A stretch of DNA of 64,000 nucleotides from Mobula hypostoma. Its lineage: Eukaryota. The translations under genes and the position numbers were made by a program. Under the pieces are notes generated by a model that worked only from the letters and a program-made list of their open reading frames with translations, ran no database searches and was not told the DNA's origin. Below are positions 36,635 through 48,722 of this stretch, piece by piece. Each line of letters starts with the position of its first letter. Positions within the stretch are counted from its first letter, which is position 1. The stretch lies in NCBI RefSeq assembly GCF_963921235.1, contig NC_086108.1, positions 96,908,001-96,972,000 of the forward strand. Direction: 5' to 3'.

Positions 36635-37445
36635 TTAGAGAGGGTGCAGAGGAGATTTACCAGGATGCCGCCTGGGCTAGAGGACGTGTACTATGAAGAA
36701 AGGCTGAGAGAATTAGCACTTTTCTCCTTGGAGCAAAGGAGGATGAGATAGAGGTGTGTAAAATGATAAGAGGCATAGAATGGGTGAACAGCCAGAGACT
36801 TGATCTCAGAGTGGAAATGGCTAATACAAAGAGGCTAATACCATCAGGCTGTTGAACAAAAGAAGATAACTACACTCATTTATTGCGATGTTCCCACAAC
36901 CAATGATCTCACTTCAAGGACTCTTTAACTTGTTGTTTCGTGCTCTCATTATTTATTACTATTTATTTATTTTTCATTTGCACGGTTTGTTGTCTTCTAT
37001 GCTCTACTTGATCTTTCATTGATCTTGCTACAGTTACTATTCTGTAGATTTGCTGAGTATGCCCACAGGAACATGAATCTCAGGGTTGTATATGGTGACA
37101 TATATGTACTCTGATAATAAAATTTACTTTGAACTTTGAACAGAATTTTAAGGTGATTGGAGGGAAGTATGTGTGTGGGGGGAGGGGGAGGGGAGGTGGA
37201 TGTCAGCAATAGCTTCTTTACACAGAATGTAGTGGGTATGTGGAACACCCTGCCAGGGGCACTGGTGGATCCAGATACATTAAGGGCTTTTAAGAAACTC
37301 ATAGATAATAATATGGGTGAAAGGAAAATGGAGTCCTATGTAGGAGGGAGGGGTTAGATTGGTTGATCTAAGAGTAGGTTAAGAGATCGGCACAACATTG
37401 TGGGCTGAGAGGTGTACACTGCGTTTACTATTCTGCGTTCTATTA
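36635..37445 (+). mobile_element. CR1 3' fragment split by a Rex1-type tail (36836-37140)
   Basis: ERVQRRFTRM-type start and FFTQNVVGMWNTLP after the insert. The insert ends in aaaatttactttgaactttgaa. Confidence 0.8.
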
Positions 37446-37709
37446 ATAAAGGAGTAACATCTCAACATTAATCCTAATCTGAATTTATTTCCCTTCTAGT
37501 ATTCTCACAGTTTAGTTTGAAGTAGTTACTGAAACCGACTTAATGGAGTCATAAAGTCATAGAACACAACAGTACATTACCAGGCCATTTGGCCCATCTA
37601 GTCTATGCTGAACTATTTATCTGCATAGTCCCATCGACCTGCACCCATAGCCCTCCATTCCATAACCTTCCCATCCACATACCTATCTAAATTTCTCTTA
37701 ATTGTTGAA

Positions 37710-39760
37710 ATTAGTGCCACCTCATTCCTATCCTCACTGTTGCATGGCACAGGCAGCAATCTTGAGATTACTACCCTTGAGATCTTGCTTCTCAGCTTCC
37801 TTCCTAACTCCCCATATTCTTCTTTTCATGACCTCCTCCCTTTTACTACCTATGTCATTGGTACCAAAACGTACCATGACTTCTGGCCGCTCACCCTCCC
37901 TTTTCAGGATATTGTGGACGTGTCCAGAAACATCTTGGATCCTGGCACCTGGGAGGCAAACTACCATCCGCATTTCCTTTTCACATCCACAGAGCCATCT
38001 ATCTGTCCCCTGACAATAGAGTCCCCTATTACAGCTGCTATCCTCTTGAGTTCCCTACAGGGCCAGACTCAGTGCCAGAGGCACAGCCGTGGTTGCTTTC
38101 CCCAGGTAGGTTGTCACCCCAACAGTACGTAAAGCTTATTGTTGAGGGGGATGGCTACATGGGTGCTCTGGAGTATCTGACGTTCCCCCTTCACTCTCCT
38201 GATGGTCCATAAGACCATAAGACATAGGAGCAAAAAAAAGGCTATTCACCCCATGAAGTCTGCTCTGCAATTCATAGAACATACATAGAATAGTACAGAA
38301 CAGTACAGGCCCTTCGGCCCACAATGTTGTACCGACCCTCAAACCCTGCCTCCCATATAAACCCCCACCTTAGATTGCTCCATATACCTGTCTAGTAGTC
38401 TCTTAAATTTCACTAGTGTATCTGCCTCCACCACTGACTCAGGCAGTGCATTCCACACACCAACCACTCTCTGAGTAAAAAACCTTCCTCTAATATCCCC
38501 CTTGAACTTCCCACCCTTTACCTTAAAGCCATGTCCTCTTGTATTGAGCAGTGGTGCCCTGGGGAAGAGGCGCTGGCTATCCACTCTATCTATTCCTCTT
38601 ATTATCTTGTACACTTCTATCATGTCTCCTCTCATCCTCCTTCTCTCCAAAGAGTAAAGCCCTAGCTCCCTTAATCTCTGATCATATTGCATACTTTCTA
38701 AACCAGGCAGCATCCTGGGCTGATCCCCATTCCGCTGCCTTCTCCGCATACCCTTTGATGCCCTGGCTAATCGAGAACCCATCTATCTCAGCCTTAAATA
38801 CACCCAATGACTTGGCCTCCACAGCTGCTCATAGCACCAAATTCCACAGATTTACCACCCTCTGACTAAAGTAATTTCTCCGCATCTCTGTTCTAAATGG
38901 ACATCCTTCAATCCTGAAGTCGTGCCCTCTTGTCCTGGACTCCCCCACAATGGGAAATAACTTTGCCATATCTAATCTGTTCAGGCCCTTTAACATTCAG
39001 AATATTTCTATGAGATCCCCCACTCATTCTTCTGAACTCCAGGGAATATAGCCCAAGAGCTGCCAGACGTTCCTCATATGGTAACCCTTTCATTCCTAGA
39101 ATCATTCTCGTGAGTCTTCTCTGAACCCTCTCCAATATCAGTATATCCTTTCTAAAATAAGGAGCCCAAAACTGCACACAATACTCCAAGTGTGGTCTCA
39201 CGAGTGCCTCATAGAGCCTCAACATCACATCCCTGCTCTTGTATTCTATACCTCAAGAAATGAATGCCAACATTGCATTCACATTCTTCACCACTGGCTC
39301 AACCTGGAGGTTAACCTTTAGGTTATCCCGCACAAGGACTCCCAAGTCCCACTTATCTGTCTCCCGTAGCCTTGGGGTGACTACTTCCCTGTCGCTCCTG
39401 TCTATCACTGCTTCACTTTCCCTGACAAGCTGAACGTCATCGAGCTGCAGCTCCAGTTCCCTAACACGGTCTCTAAGGAGCTGCATCTCGATGCAGCTGC
39501 TGCAGATGTGGCCATCGGGGAGGCTGGGAGTCTTCCGGAAATCCCACATCTGACGTTCAGAACAGTACACGGGCTCTGTAGACATACCCCCTATTCTCTC
39601 TAGAGTTAAATAAGAAATAAGGAATGAACTTACCTACTTACCTTGCCTCTGCTTGTTCTCGCTGAAGGCCCATTGTGTCAAAGCCTTACAACTCTGCTTC
39701 AGACTGTCTGATGATGACTGCTCCCACGAAGACTGCTCCGCTAAGCGGTACCTCTCTTTT
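37710..39760 (-). mobile_element. CR1 ORF1 region (zinc finger, coiled coil, SGNH esterase) split by nested CR1 copies
   Basis: RMVVCLPGARIQDV..VRFGTNDIG (esterase) at 37734-37973 and VYCSERQMW..GHICSSCIEMQLLRDRVRELELQL at 39350-39585. Confidence 0.85.
38207..39346 (-). mobile_element. CR1 ORF2 3' fragment containing a further CR1 copy at 38273-38719
   Basis: [20 protein letters not shown]. The inner copy has its own tail (catagaacatacatagaatag) and an open RRRMRGDMIEVYKI..FFTQRVVGVWNALP frame. Confidence 0.9.
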
Positions 39761-40627
39761 ATAGAGACTGAGGTTCCTGTTGAAAATCTTTGTTGGACCT
39801 GTGTGGGAACTCTCCTGTATAATGGATGTGGAGGGATTATTTTTCATCAAGAGAATGCTGAGTATATGGAATGCACTACTGGAGAATATGGTGGATTTAG
39901 AGTTGTTAGAAATATATAAGAAATGTCCAGTCAAACAGTTAAATCATCTATACATAGAAGGTTGGTGCCCAAACATTGAAAGATGGATTAGAACAGTTGG
40001 GTATACTCTGTTCAATGCGGTATGGTTGAATGAATAGCCTTTTTCTATGCTGTGACTCTGAATGCATCTGAATGTTACCTGGAGAAATATGCTCCTTCAG
40101 ATTATGTGCTATTTGTGAATGTGCTCAAGCTCATTTGTTATACAGAAATATGATCAGGAACCCTTTGAAGGGTAGTGTGACTGGCTTTTGAGCACAAATC
40201 ATGAAAGTATAAGTCTGAAATCACTGAAACACCCTGTGGTGTCTTACAGAATGTGACATCCTAACTGGATGGCCAGATATTCCCAAGCTTCCTGAAAGCA
40301 TTTAACACACTTCCTAATGAGCTGTGGATTGAGGATAAAACTTGATAAATGGATAAATCATTGTTCGAGGGACAGAACACAGCCAGCGATGAGGGAATAT
40401 GCCTGTCGAGTACTCTCTGGACATCTGTTTCAATTTAATTTGGAAAATCAACACCAGTTCAGAAAATTTATAAATATTTGTGTGTGTTACCAAAACTGGA
40501 AATTTCTCAGTACTAACTTTCTCTGTACTAAATATGAGTTTGAAAAGGGATAAGTGAAATTTAAAAGAGCTAATTATAAACTGATGTACACAGTATGACA
40601 TCATTACTCTTTGAATGTGATGGGAAA

Positions 40628-40875
40628 TGTTGTTTATTTAATATTTAAGTAATATTTGAGTAATCTTGTATGTATGTATTGGTTGATTAAACATTCTCGT
40701 TTGATTAAATAATTCATTAAGGGTTGTATGTATGAATATGTGAATGCATACGTCATCACATGACCATGTGATACATCCGCACCTTGCTTAAAGTAAGCAC
40801 GAAGTTAGACTGGTGCTTCGGGCTGCTGTGTCTTCATTTGAATTAGTTTAATTGTTGAAGTTAAAAAATGTAACA
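40628..40875. mobile_element. Probable solo LTR
   Basis: TGTT...AACA termini with a 5-bp flanking repeat ggaaa / ggaag. 248 bp, no coding content. Confidence 0.5.
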
Positions 40876-40959
40876 GGAAGTTCATCCACTAAAGTCTCCA
40901 ATAAGGCTAAGCCTGATCGCTATCCTCAACATCCAACAACATTAATGTTGGCATCCTGC

Positions 40960-41990
40960 AGGATTCCCTAAAGATTAAGGTTGAGTCGCTAGTAAGGAAG
41001 TCAAAGGCAATGTTAGCATTCACTTCCAGAGGGCTGGTATATAAAAGCCAGGATGAGGTTTTATAAGCCATTGGTTAGACCATATTTGAAGTATTTTGTC
41101 AACTTGGAAAGCCAAAGTTTCCATTCATGGGAGAATCTAGGACAAGACAGCATGATCTCCAAATACAAGGACATTCACTTAGAACAGTAATAAGGAGGAG
41201 TTTCTTTTGCCAGGTGGTGGTGAACCTGTGGAATTCATTGCCACTGAAAGCTGTGGAGGCCGTGGCTTTGGCTATATTTAAAGTGGATAGATAGTGGATA
41301 GGTAAGACCATACGGTTTAGGAACAAAAGTGGCCAATGTGCTCTTCCATTCAATCATGATTGATTTTTTAAGCCGTATTTTCCTGCCTCTTTATGTAACC
41401 CTTAATCAAGAAATTATCAATCGCCAGCTTAATATACCCAATGACTTGGCCTCCATTACCCCCTGTGGCCACAAATTCCAGAGATTGACTACCCTTTGGT
41501 GGAAGGAATTCCTCCTCATCTCAGTTTTAAAGAGACAACCATTTTTTCCTGAGGCTGTGTCATCAGATCCTAGGCTCTCCTTCTAATGGAAAGATCACCT
41601 CCACATCCACTCTGTCCATGTCTTTTCAGTATTTACTTTATTTTTAAATTTAGAACTACAAGATGGTAACAGGCCCTTCTGGCCCAATGAACCCACACTG
41701 CATAATTACACCCATGTGACCGATTAACCTACTAACCCATAGGTCTTGGGAATGTGGGAGGAAACCCACATGGTCACAGGGAGAGCGTACAAACAACTTG
41801 CAGATGGTGGCGGGAATTGAATCCAGGTCACTGGCACTGTAATAGCATTATGCTAACTGCTACACTACTGTGCCGTCTCAACTCTCTGGTAGGGATTCAG
41901 TGAGATCCCACTTATCCTTAGAATACAGCCCCAGAAACATCAAATACTCATCCTATATGAAGCCTTTCAGTTTTGGGTTCACTCTTGCAA
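40960..41990. mobile_element. Opposed CR1 fragments with a V-SINE (41635-41875, minus) inserted
   Basis: CR1 coding remnants on both strands. The SINE shows gggaattgaatccaggtc (B-box, reverse) and tgtgggaggaaacc. Confidence 0.75.
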
Positions 41991-42067
41991 GGTTAGGATC
42001 TCACTTGTCAGTTCCTCCACTTATTGAGATCAGAATTTGTTGAATGAGTACTGCAAAAAGAGGAAAT

Positions 42068-43447
42068 GAAGAATCAGAATCAGGTTTATCATCACCAGCA
42101 TGTGATGTGAAATTTGTTAACAGCAGCAGCAGTTCATTGCATAATCTAGCAGAGAAAAAATAATATATAAAATAAAAATAATAATAAATAAACAAAATCA
42201 ATTATGTATATTGAATAGATTTCAAAAATGTGCAAAAACAGAAATACTATGTATTTTTTTTTAAAAAGTGAGGTAGTGTCCAAAGATTCAATGTTCATTT
42301 AGGAATTGCATGGCAGGGGGGAAGAAGCTGTTCCTGAATCACTGAGTGTATGCCCTCAGGCTTCTGTACCTCCTACCTGATGGTAACAGTGAGAAAAGGG
42401 CATGTCCTGGGTGCTGGGGGTCCTTAATAATGGACGCTGCCTTTCTGAGACACTGCTCCCTGAAGATGTCCTGGGTACTTTGTAGGCTGGTACCCAAGAT
42501 GGAGCTGACTAGATTTACAACTCTCTGCAGCTCCTTTGAGTCCTGTGCAGTAGCCCCTCCATACCAGACAGTGATGCAGCCTGTCAGAATGCTCTTCATG
42601 GTACAACTATAGAAGTTTTTGAGTGTATTTGTTGACATGCCAAATCTCTTCAAACTCCTAATAAAGTATAGCAGCTTTCTTGGCCACTTTATAACTACAT
42701 CAATATGTTGGGACCAGGTTAGATCCTCAGAGATCTTGACACCCAGGAACTTGAAGCTGCTCATTCTCTCCACTTCTGATCCCTCTATGAGGATTGATAT
42801 GTGATCCTTCATCTTACCCTTCATGAAGTCCACAATCAGCTCTTTTGTCTTACTGACGTTGAGTGCCAGGTTGTTGCTGCGGCACCACTCCACTGGTTGG
42901 CATATCTCACTCCTGTACACCCTCTCGTCACCACCTGAGATTCTACCAACAATGGTTGTATTGTCAACAAATTTTTAGATGGTATTTGAGCTATGCCTAG
43001 CCACACAGTCATGTGAATATAGAGAGTAAAGCAGTGGGCTAAGCACACACCCCTGAGGTGCGCTAGTGTTGATTGTCAGTGAGGAGGGTATGTTCACCAA
43101 TCTGCACAGATTGTGGTCTTCCGGTTAGGAAGTTGAGGATCCAATTGCAGAGGGAGGTACGGAGGTCTAGGTCCTGCAACTTTTCTATCAGGATTGTGGG
43201 AATGATGGTATTAAATGCTGAACTATAGTTGATGAACAGCATCCTGATGTAGGTGTTTGTGTTGTCCAGGTGGTCTAAAGCCACGTGGAGAGCCATTGAG
43301 ATTGCTTCAGTCGTTGACCTATTGTGGCGACAGGCAAATTGCAATGGGTCCAGGTCCTTGCTGAGGCAGGAGTTCAGTCTCATCATGAACAACCTCTCAA
43401 AGCATTTCATTACTGTCGATGTGAGTGCTACTGGGTGATAGTCATTA
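42068..43447 (-). mobile_element. 5'-truncated Rex1/Babar LINE, RT domain to tail
   Basis: [67 protein letters not shown]. Tail (ctgatt)n. Confidence 0.93.
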
Positions 43448-45317
43448 ATTGCTCATGGGTTCAATGTCCATTCAGAAATTTAATGGTAGAGGGGAAGAAG
43501 CTGTTTCCTAATCGTTGAGAATATGCCTTCAAGCTTCTTGTACCTGCTCCCGGATTATAGTAGTGAGAAGAAGGCATGCCCTGGGTGATGGGAGTCCTTA
43601 ATGATGGATGCTGCCTTTTTCAGGCATCACCTCTTGAAGGTATCCTGTATGCTGGTGCCCATGATGGAGCTGACTGAGTTTACAACTTTCATAACTGACC
43701 TTTTAATTTAACTCAGCATCATTTCCTTCAATAACCCTATACAGTATTCCTTGTGTCATAATCTTTCTATTTTCTTGACCATACATAGTAGCTGATATTC
43801 CACAGTACACAGTGGTAGAATATTATGGATTCATTGAATTCTGGGTGATGAAATACCTTCCTTCACACCTCAGCTTCCAATAAGAATAAGGGTGAATAAG
43901 AATGACGAAGCCTTCTTTATCTTGTCATGTTATCCAATTATATCTTGAATTACAACAAGAATATTACCTTCTCTACTTTACCTGAAGCTCATTCATGAAA
44001 TGATCAGTCATTAAAGACATCAGAGGAGATCAGTCATTAGAGAGGGTGCCCAGGAGATATACCAAGATGCTGCCTGGACTAGAGGAGATGTACTATGAAG
44101 ATAGGTTGAGCGAGCTAGGGCTTTTCTCTTTGAAGCTAAGGAGATTGACAGGTGACTTGATAGAGGTGTAAATGATGTTGGGCAGCCAGAGACTTATTCC
44201 CAGGGCAGAAATAGTTAATAAAAGGAGGCATAATTTCACATCTGTCCTGAACTGCTAACCCCTCATTTCAGGATTCTCACTGGAGATCCAAACGTGCTAG
44301 CTAAGGGAAATATTATCTATGCGTTCACCTTGAGAAGGCACAAGAGCTTTGCAAGCCTCAATGAGATCACAAACCCCTCACCTCAGCAATCAGTCCGATG
44401 AACTTTTAGTGCACTCCCTCTATCGCAGGTATATTCTTCGTACCTTGGTAGGAAGGCTAATCCTGTACACAATTTTGCAGGTGAATGTCCTGAAGAAAAT
44501 GCTTCTTCGCTGTCCACCTCTTTCAAGGCTCAAGCCACAGATGGTGGGCTTGCTTTCACTGGGTAGGGCATTGAGTATGTGATTAACGACATTTTATTTC
44601 AACCGTAAAAGACGTTGGCAAGACCGCATCTGGAATATAGTATGCACCTCTGTTACCAATACTATAGAAAGGATGTGATTAAACTCGAGCGGGTATAGAA
44701 AAATATCACAAGGATATTGCCAGGACTGGAGGGCTTGAGAAAGAATTAAGGATTAATTTTACTTATCAAATGTACATTGAAACATACAGTGAAATGGTCC
44801 ATTTGTGTCAAATCAAATATGTGAGGGGATTGTGCTGCGCAGCCCACAAATGTTGACAAGCTGTTGGCAGCAGCAAAGCACGCCCACAGCCTAAACCTAA
44901 CCTGTAAGTCTTTAAAACATGGATGGAGATTGGAACATGCAGAGGAAACCCATTTGTTAGATAGGTTCTTGATTAGCTGGGGCATCAAAGGGTATGGGGA
45001 GAAGGCAGGGGAGTGGGGATGACTGGAAGAATTAGATCAGCCCATGATTGAATGGCAGAGCAGACTCGATGGGCTGAATGGCCTACTTCTGCTCCTATAT
45101 CTTATGGTCTTATATTGATACAAGGAGAACCATAATCCTGAATTGAATCCTGAGCAGTGATCGCAGGCACAGTGAAGTGCTGCACTAACCTCTGTGCTAT
45201 GTGCCCAGGAGAGACTGGATTAGTGGGAATTGGAACAAAATGACCAGTTTTATCCCCACTGATTTAATTTGACACAAATGACGCATTTCACTGTATGTTT
45301 TGATGTACCTGTGGCAA

Positions 45318-45635
45318 ATCATCATCACCATGTATGACATAAGTGATCATGGCCTCATGACCATGATTGTTCTTGGAAATTTTTCTGCCAAAGCAGTTTG
45401 CCATTATTTTCTTCTGGGCGGTGTCTTTACAAGGCGGGTGACCCCAGCCATTATCAATACTCTTCAGAGATTGTCTGCCTGGTGTCAGTGGTTGCATCAC
45501 CAGGACTTGTGATGTGCACCAGCTGCTCATACGACCATCCACCACAAACTCTCATGGCTTCACGTGACCCTGATTTGGGGGCTACACAAGTGCTACACCT
45601 TGCCCAAGGGTGACGTGCAGGGTAACGGAGTGCCA
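45318..45635 (-). mobile_element. SINE-like element with an RTE/BovB-like segment
   Basis: aagcagtttgccattattttctt resembles the BovB/Sauria-SINE motif aagtggtttgccattgccttc. (cat)n tail at 45319-45328. Confidence 0.5.
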
Positions 45636-45950
45636 TTGTGGGAGTTCCTTCACCTGGAGGACTCCAGAATTTCATGAAGATGCCTCACCCCTACCTTCTC
45701 AAGACCAATCAGCAGCAAATGCAGGCCTTGTCAAGCTGGCAGTGCTCTGCAATTGAACTTGAAATAAAAGTATTTCTATGGATACAAAGATCAAAATGTC
45801 CAGGCACAAATACAGTAAAAAGGATACTGCTCATGTAGCTAAACTGGAGAGCAAGGAAACTTCTTTTCAAATCAAGTCAAGTTTATTGTTATATTCACAA
45901 GTGCTATGAAAAACTTACATTCAGTAGCATCACAGGCACATAGCATTATA

Positions 45951-46233
45951 CCAGGGGTGATTGATAACTTCGTGGCCTAAGGTAGAAGGAGTCAATTTTA
46001 GAAAACCTAGCACATTTATTTTTCAACATAGTCCCCTCCTACATGTACACACTCAGTCCAGCGGTTGTGGAGCATACGGATCTTGGACCTCCAGAAAGTG
46101 TCCACAGATGGGTGATTGATAAGTTCGTGGTCTAAGGTAGAAGGAGATGAGTTATACAGCTCTCGTTACATGCACATGCAGGTCAACTCTTTGAGTGATT
46201 ATGCAGAAAGTTTGAAGTTAATAACTCATCTCC
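45951..46233. mobile_element. Mariner-like non-autonomous element, right end missing
   Basis: TA followed by ccaggggtgattgataa, and the mariner-like subterminal tttttcaacatagtcccc. The terminal ~36 bp is repeated internally at 46110-46146. Confidence 0.6.
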
Positions 46234-46234
46234 T

Positions 46235-46685
46235 CTCCTTCAGTTCTGGCAAAATCCTTTGTAAATTTTCTGTGTATTCTTTCAAACTTATTGATATCTT
46301 TGCTGTAGGTAGGTGACTTGAACTGCACACAATACTCCCAAGTAGGGCTCACCAACACCTTATATAACTTCAACCTAACATCCCAACCCCTGCACTCAAT
46401 TCTTTGACTTATGAAGACCAATATGCCAAAAACTTCCTTTATGACTCTATCTTCTCTTTCAAAGGATTATGGATTTGTAAGCCCAGATCCCTCTATTCTA
46501 CCACACCCCTTGTTCATCTTCTGTTCACTGTGTAAGTCCTACCCTGGTTTGTACTCTCAAAATGCAAAAAATCTTCGTAAAAATCCTCCTGCCATTTTTT
46601 TTCAGCCCATCTTTCCATCTGGTCTGGATCCCACTATAAGTTTTGATAGTCTACCTAGTTCTTCATTATACCCCCAATCTTGATG
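46235..46685 (-). mobile_element. Old CR1 RT fragment
   Basis: LKLYKVLVSPTWEYCVQFKSP. Confidence 0.8.
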
Positions 46686-48569
46686 ACCAAGCATTCATCC
46701 TCTCCACCAGCAATATACCATGACTCTAATGTGTGCCACCATCAAATTGCACTGCTTGCATAGACCGCTCCAGATGGCATCTCCCAAATCCGCAATTTCT
46801 GCCACTTAACAGAACGAAAGCAGTAGGGAGTCCACCACCACCTGCTGGTTCCCCTCACAGCAACCTGACTTGGGCATAATTTCACCATCAGCAGGTCTAG
46901 TTGTCGATTAAAAAAAAAAGACAAGGCCAGAAGTTTTAACAAGGGATTGCTTTGTCAAAATGCATTCTATGTATTTCTGAAGAGGAGGTCACTTTCGATG
47001 TTTTTAGATGGAAGTTCATACTGAAAATGGCTCAAACATTGAGCCATTTCCTGCAATCTGATCTCAAATTCTGAACTGAATGCTTTATCCTCTTTACAAT
47101 TAAAGTATGAAAAATGGAAGAAATAATAAAAAGATTCACATCTTAAAGCTGGCTCCTTTTTCATTTTTGGACAGACAGGATAGCTGTAGTCATGACAGTC
47201 CACAGACTCAGCTTGTTGCACAGAGCGCATTAGAATTAAATAGCCCTGTAGTGTAAAACTTGCGTTGGTTTAGGGGAGACTCGTAACAAAGTTCAAAGTA
47301 AATTTATTATCAAAGTACGTGTATGTCACCATATACTAGCTTGAGATTCATTTTCTTGCAGGCATTCACAAGAGAATAAAGATGCCAGAGAATTTATGAA
47401 AAACTATACATAACAAACACTGCCAAATTACCAACGTGCTAATAAGTAAACAAATAATACTAAGAGCATGAGTTATAGAGTCCTTGAAAGTGAGTTTATA
47501 GATAACGGGGTAATTTAGCGATTTAACTGTTTTTTTTAGCGGAGTTGATGTCGACAAAAGCGGGGGGAACAACCAGGTCTGGACAACAGCCTGCCTTAGA
47601 AATGTGTCAAATGATGTTTGCGCAGAAACCTGTCCAGATACTAACTTGCTTGTTGAGTAAAGGAAGTGTTAATTAAGTGACACAGGACTCCTTTCACTCG
47701 GCCTGATTGCGTTCTTTGGCTGCTTCATTAGTTGCATCGAGTGTATCAGTACATGACAGCAGGGCCAGGCCCAGATGAGGTTAGAAGTCGTATTGTGACC
47801 AGACAACAACACATGGAAACTGAATAAAAGAACATGTAATGTGATTTAAGTACCATGACCAAATTCTATTAAAGGTAGCATGGTTACCGAGACAAGAAAG
47901 AAAGCAATCTCTAAAGAGATGTATTTCTCCTAGAGAGGAGTACACCAACCATCTGGCTCCGAGTCTGCCCTTATCGCCCACTATGGAAAAACTCAAGTCT
48001 GTAAATAATGACGTTACCCCTCAGGGAACTTACTGTAGTCAAAACTGTATATTTAAGAAATCCCTTACAGATGAAAAGGGCTATAACGTCTGGACAGCTT
48101 TTCAGAATGCATATTTAAGTTAGATTTTTAGCAATTTTTAATTATTTCTACTGCAATTTGATTGCATTGATTTTTTAACATTTAACATAACCACTGTAGA
48201 CTATTTATTATTTAATCTACGTAACTGTTTTTTAAAATTTTGTTTTAATTTAAAAAAAATTTGGTCTTTGCAGTAAATTGTTGAAGCGAAGTTGTAAAGG
48301 GTAAAAGTATTGCTTAAGTTTATGGTTCAGTTAAAACACGCATACCGACCGAGGCGAGACATTTGTCCACGAACCAGTACAAGACAAATGATCATTGCCT
48401 GTAGAGGGATGTCTTCTGGACAGCGATGACACTAATCGCATGCCATATAATTAAGTTTAATATTTACGTGTGAAACCTTGCAGTGAGTGTTTAGATTTTA
48501 CCGCTTTTAAAGCCAAAAGACTTGAACGCGTAAGGCTTTAAGTCATACACCAAAATTAATTAATTTTTA

Positions 48570-48722
48570 TTTTATTTATTCATTTGGAGAGCAGCGCAGA
48601 ACACGCCCTTCTGACCCAACGAACATCTCCGCCCAGCAACCCGCCTAATCACAGGACAATTTACAAAGAACCCTACTAACCAGAACGTCTCCGGACTGTG
48701 GGAGGAGACCGGAGCACCCGGG
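48570..48722 (-). mobile_element. V-SINE fragment, CpG-retaining
   Basis: tgtgggaggagaccggagcacccgggg (V domain, reverse) and a ttta tail. Confidence 0.75.

Noticed and set aside
39253..39585. 110-aa ORF that appears to fuse a zinc finger/coiled coil to an RT C-terminal segment
   Set aside because: Chance in-frame seam at ~39346 between CR1 ORF1 and a nested CR1 ORF2 fragment, not a gene.
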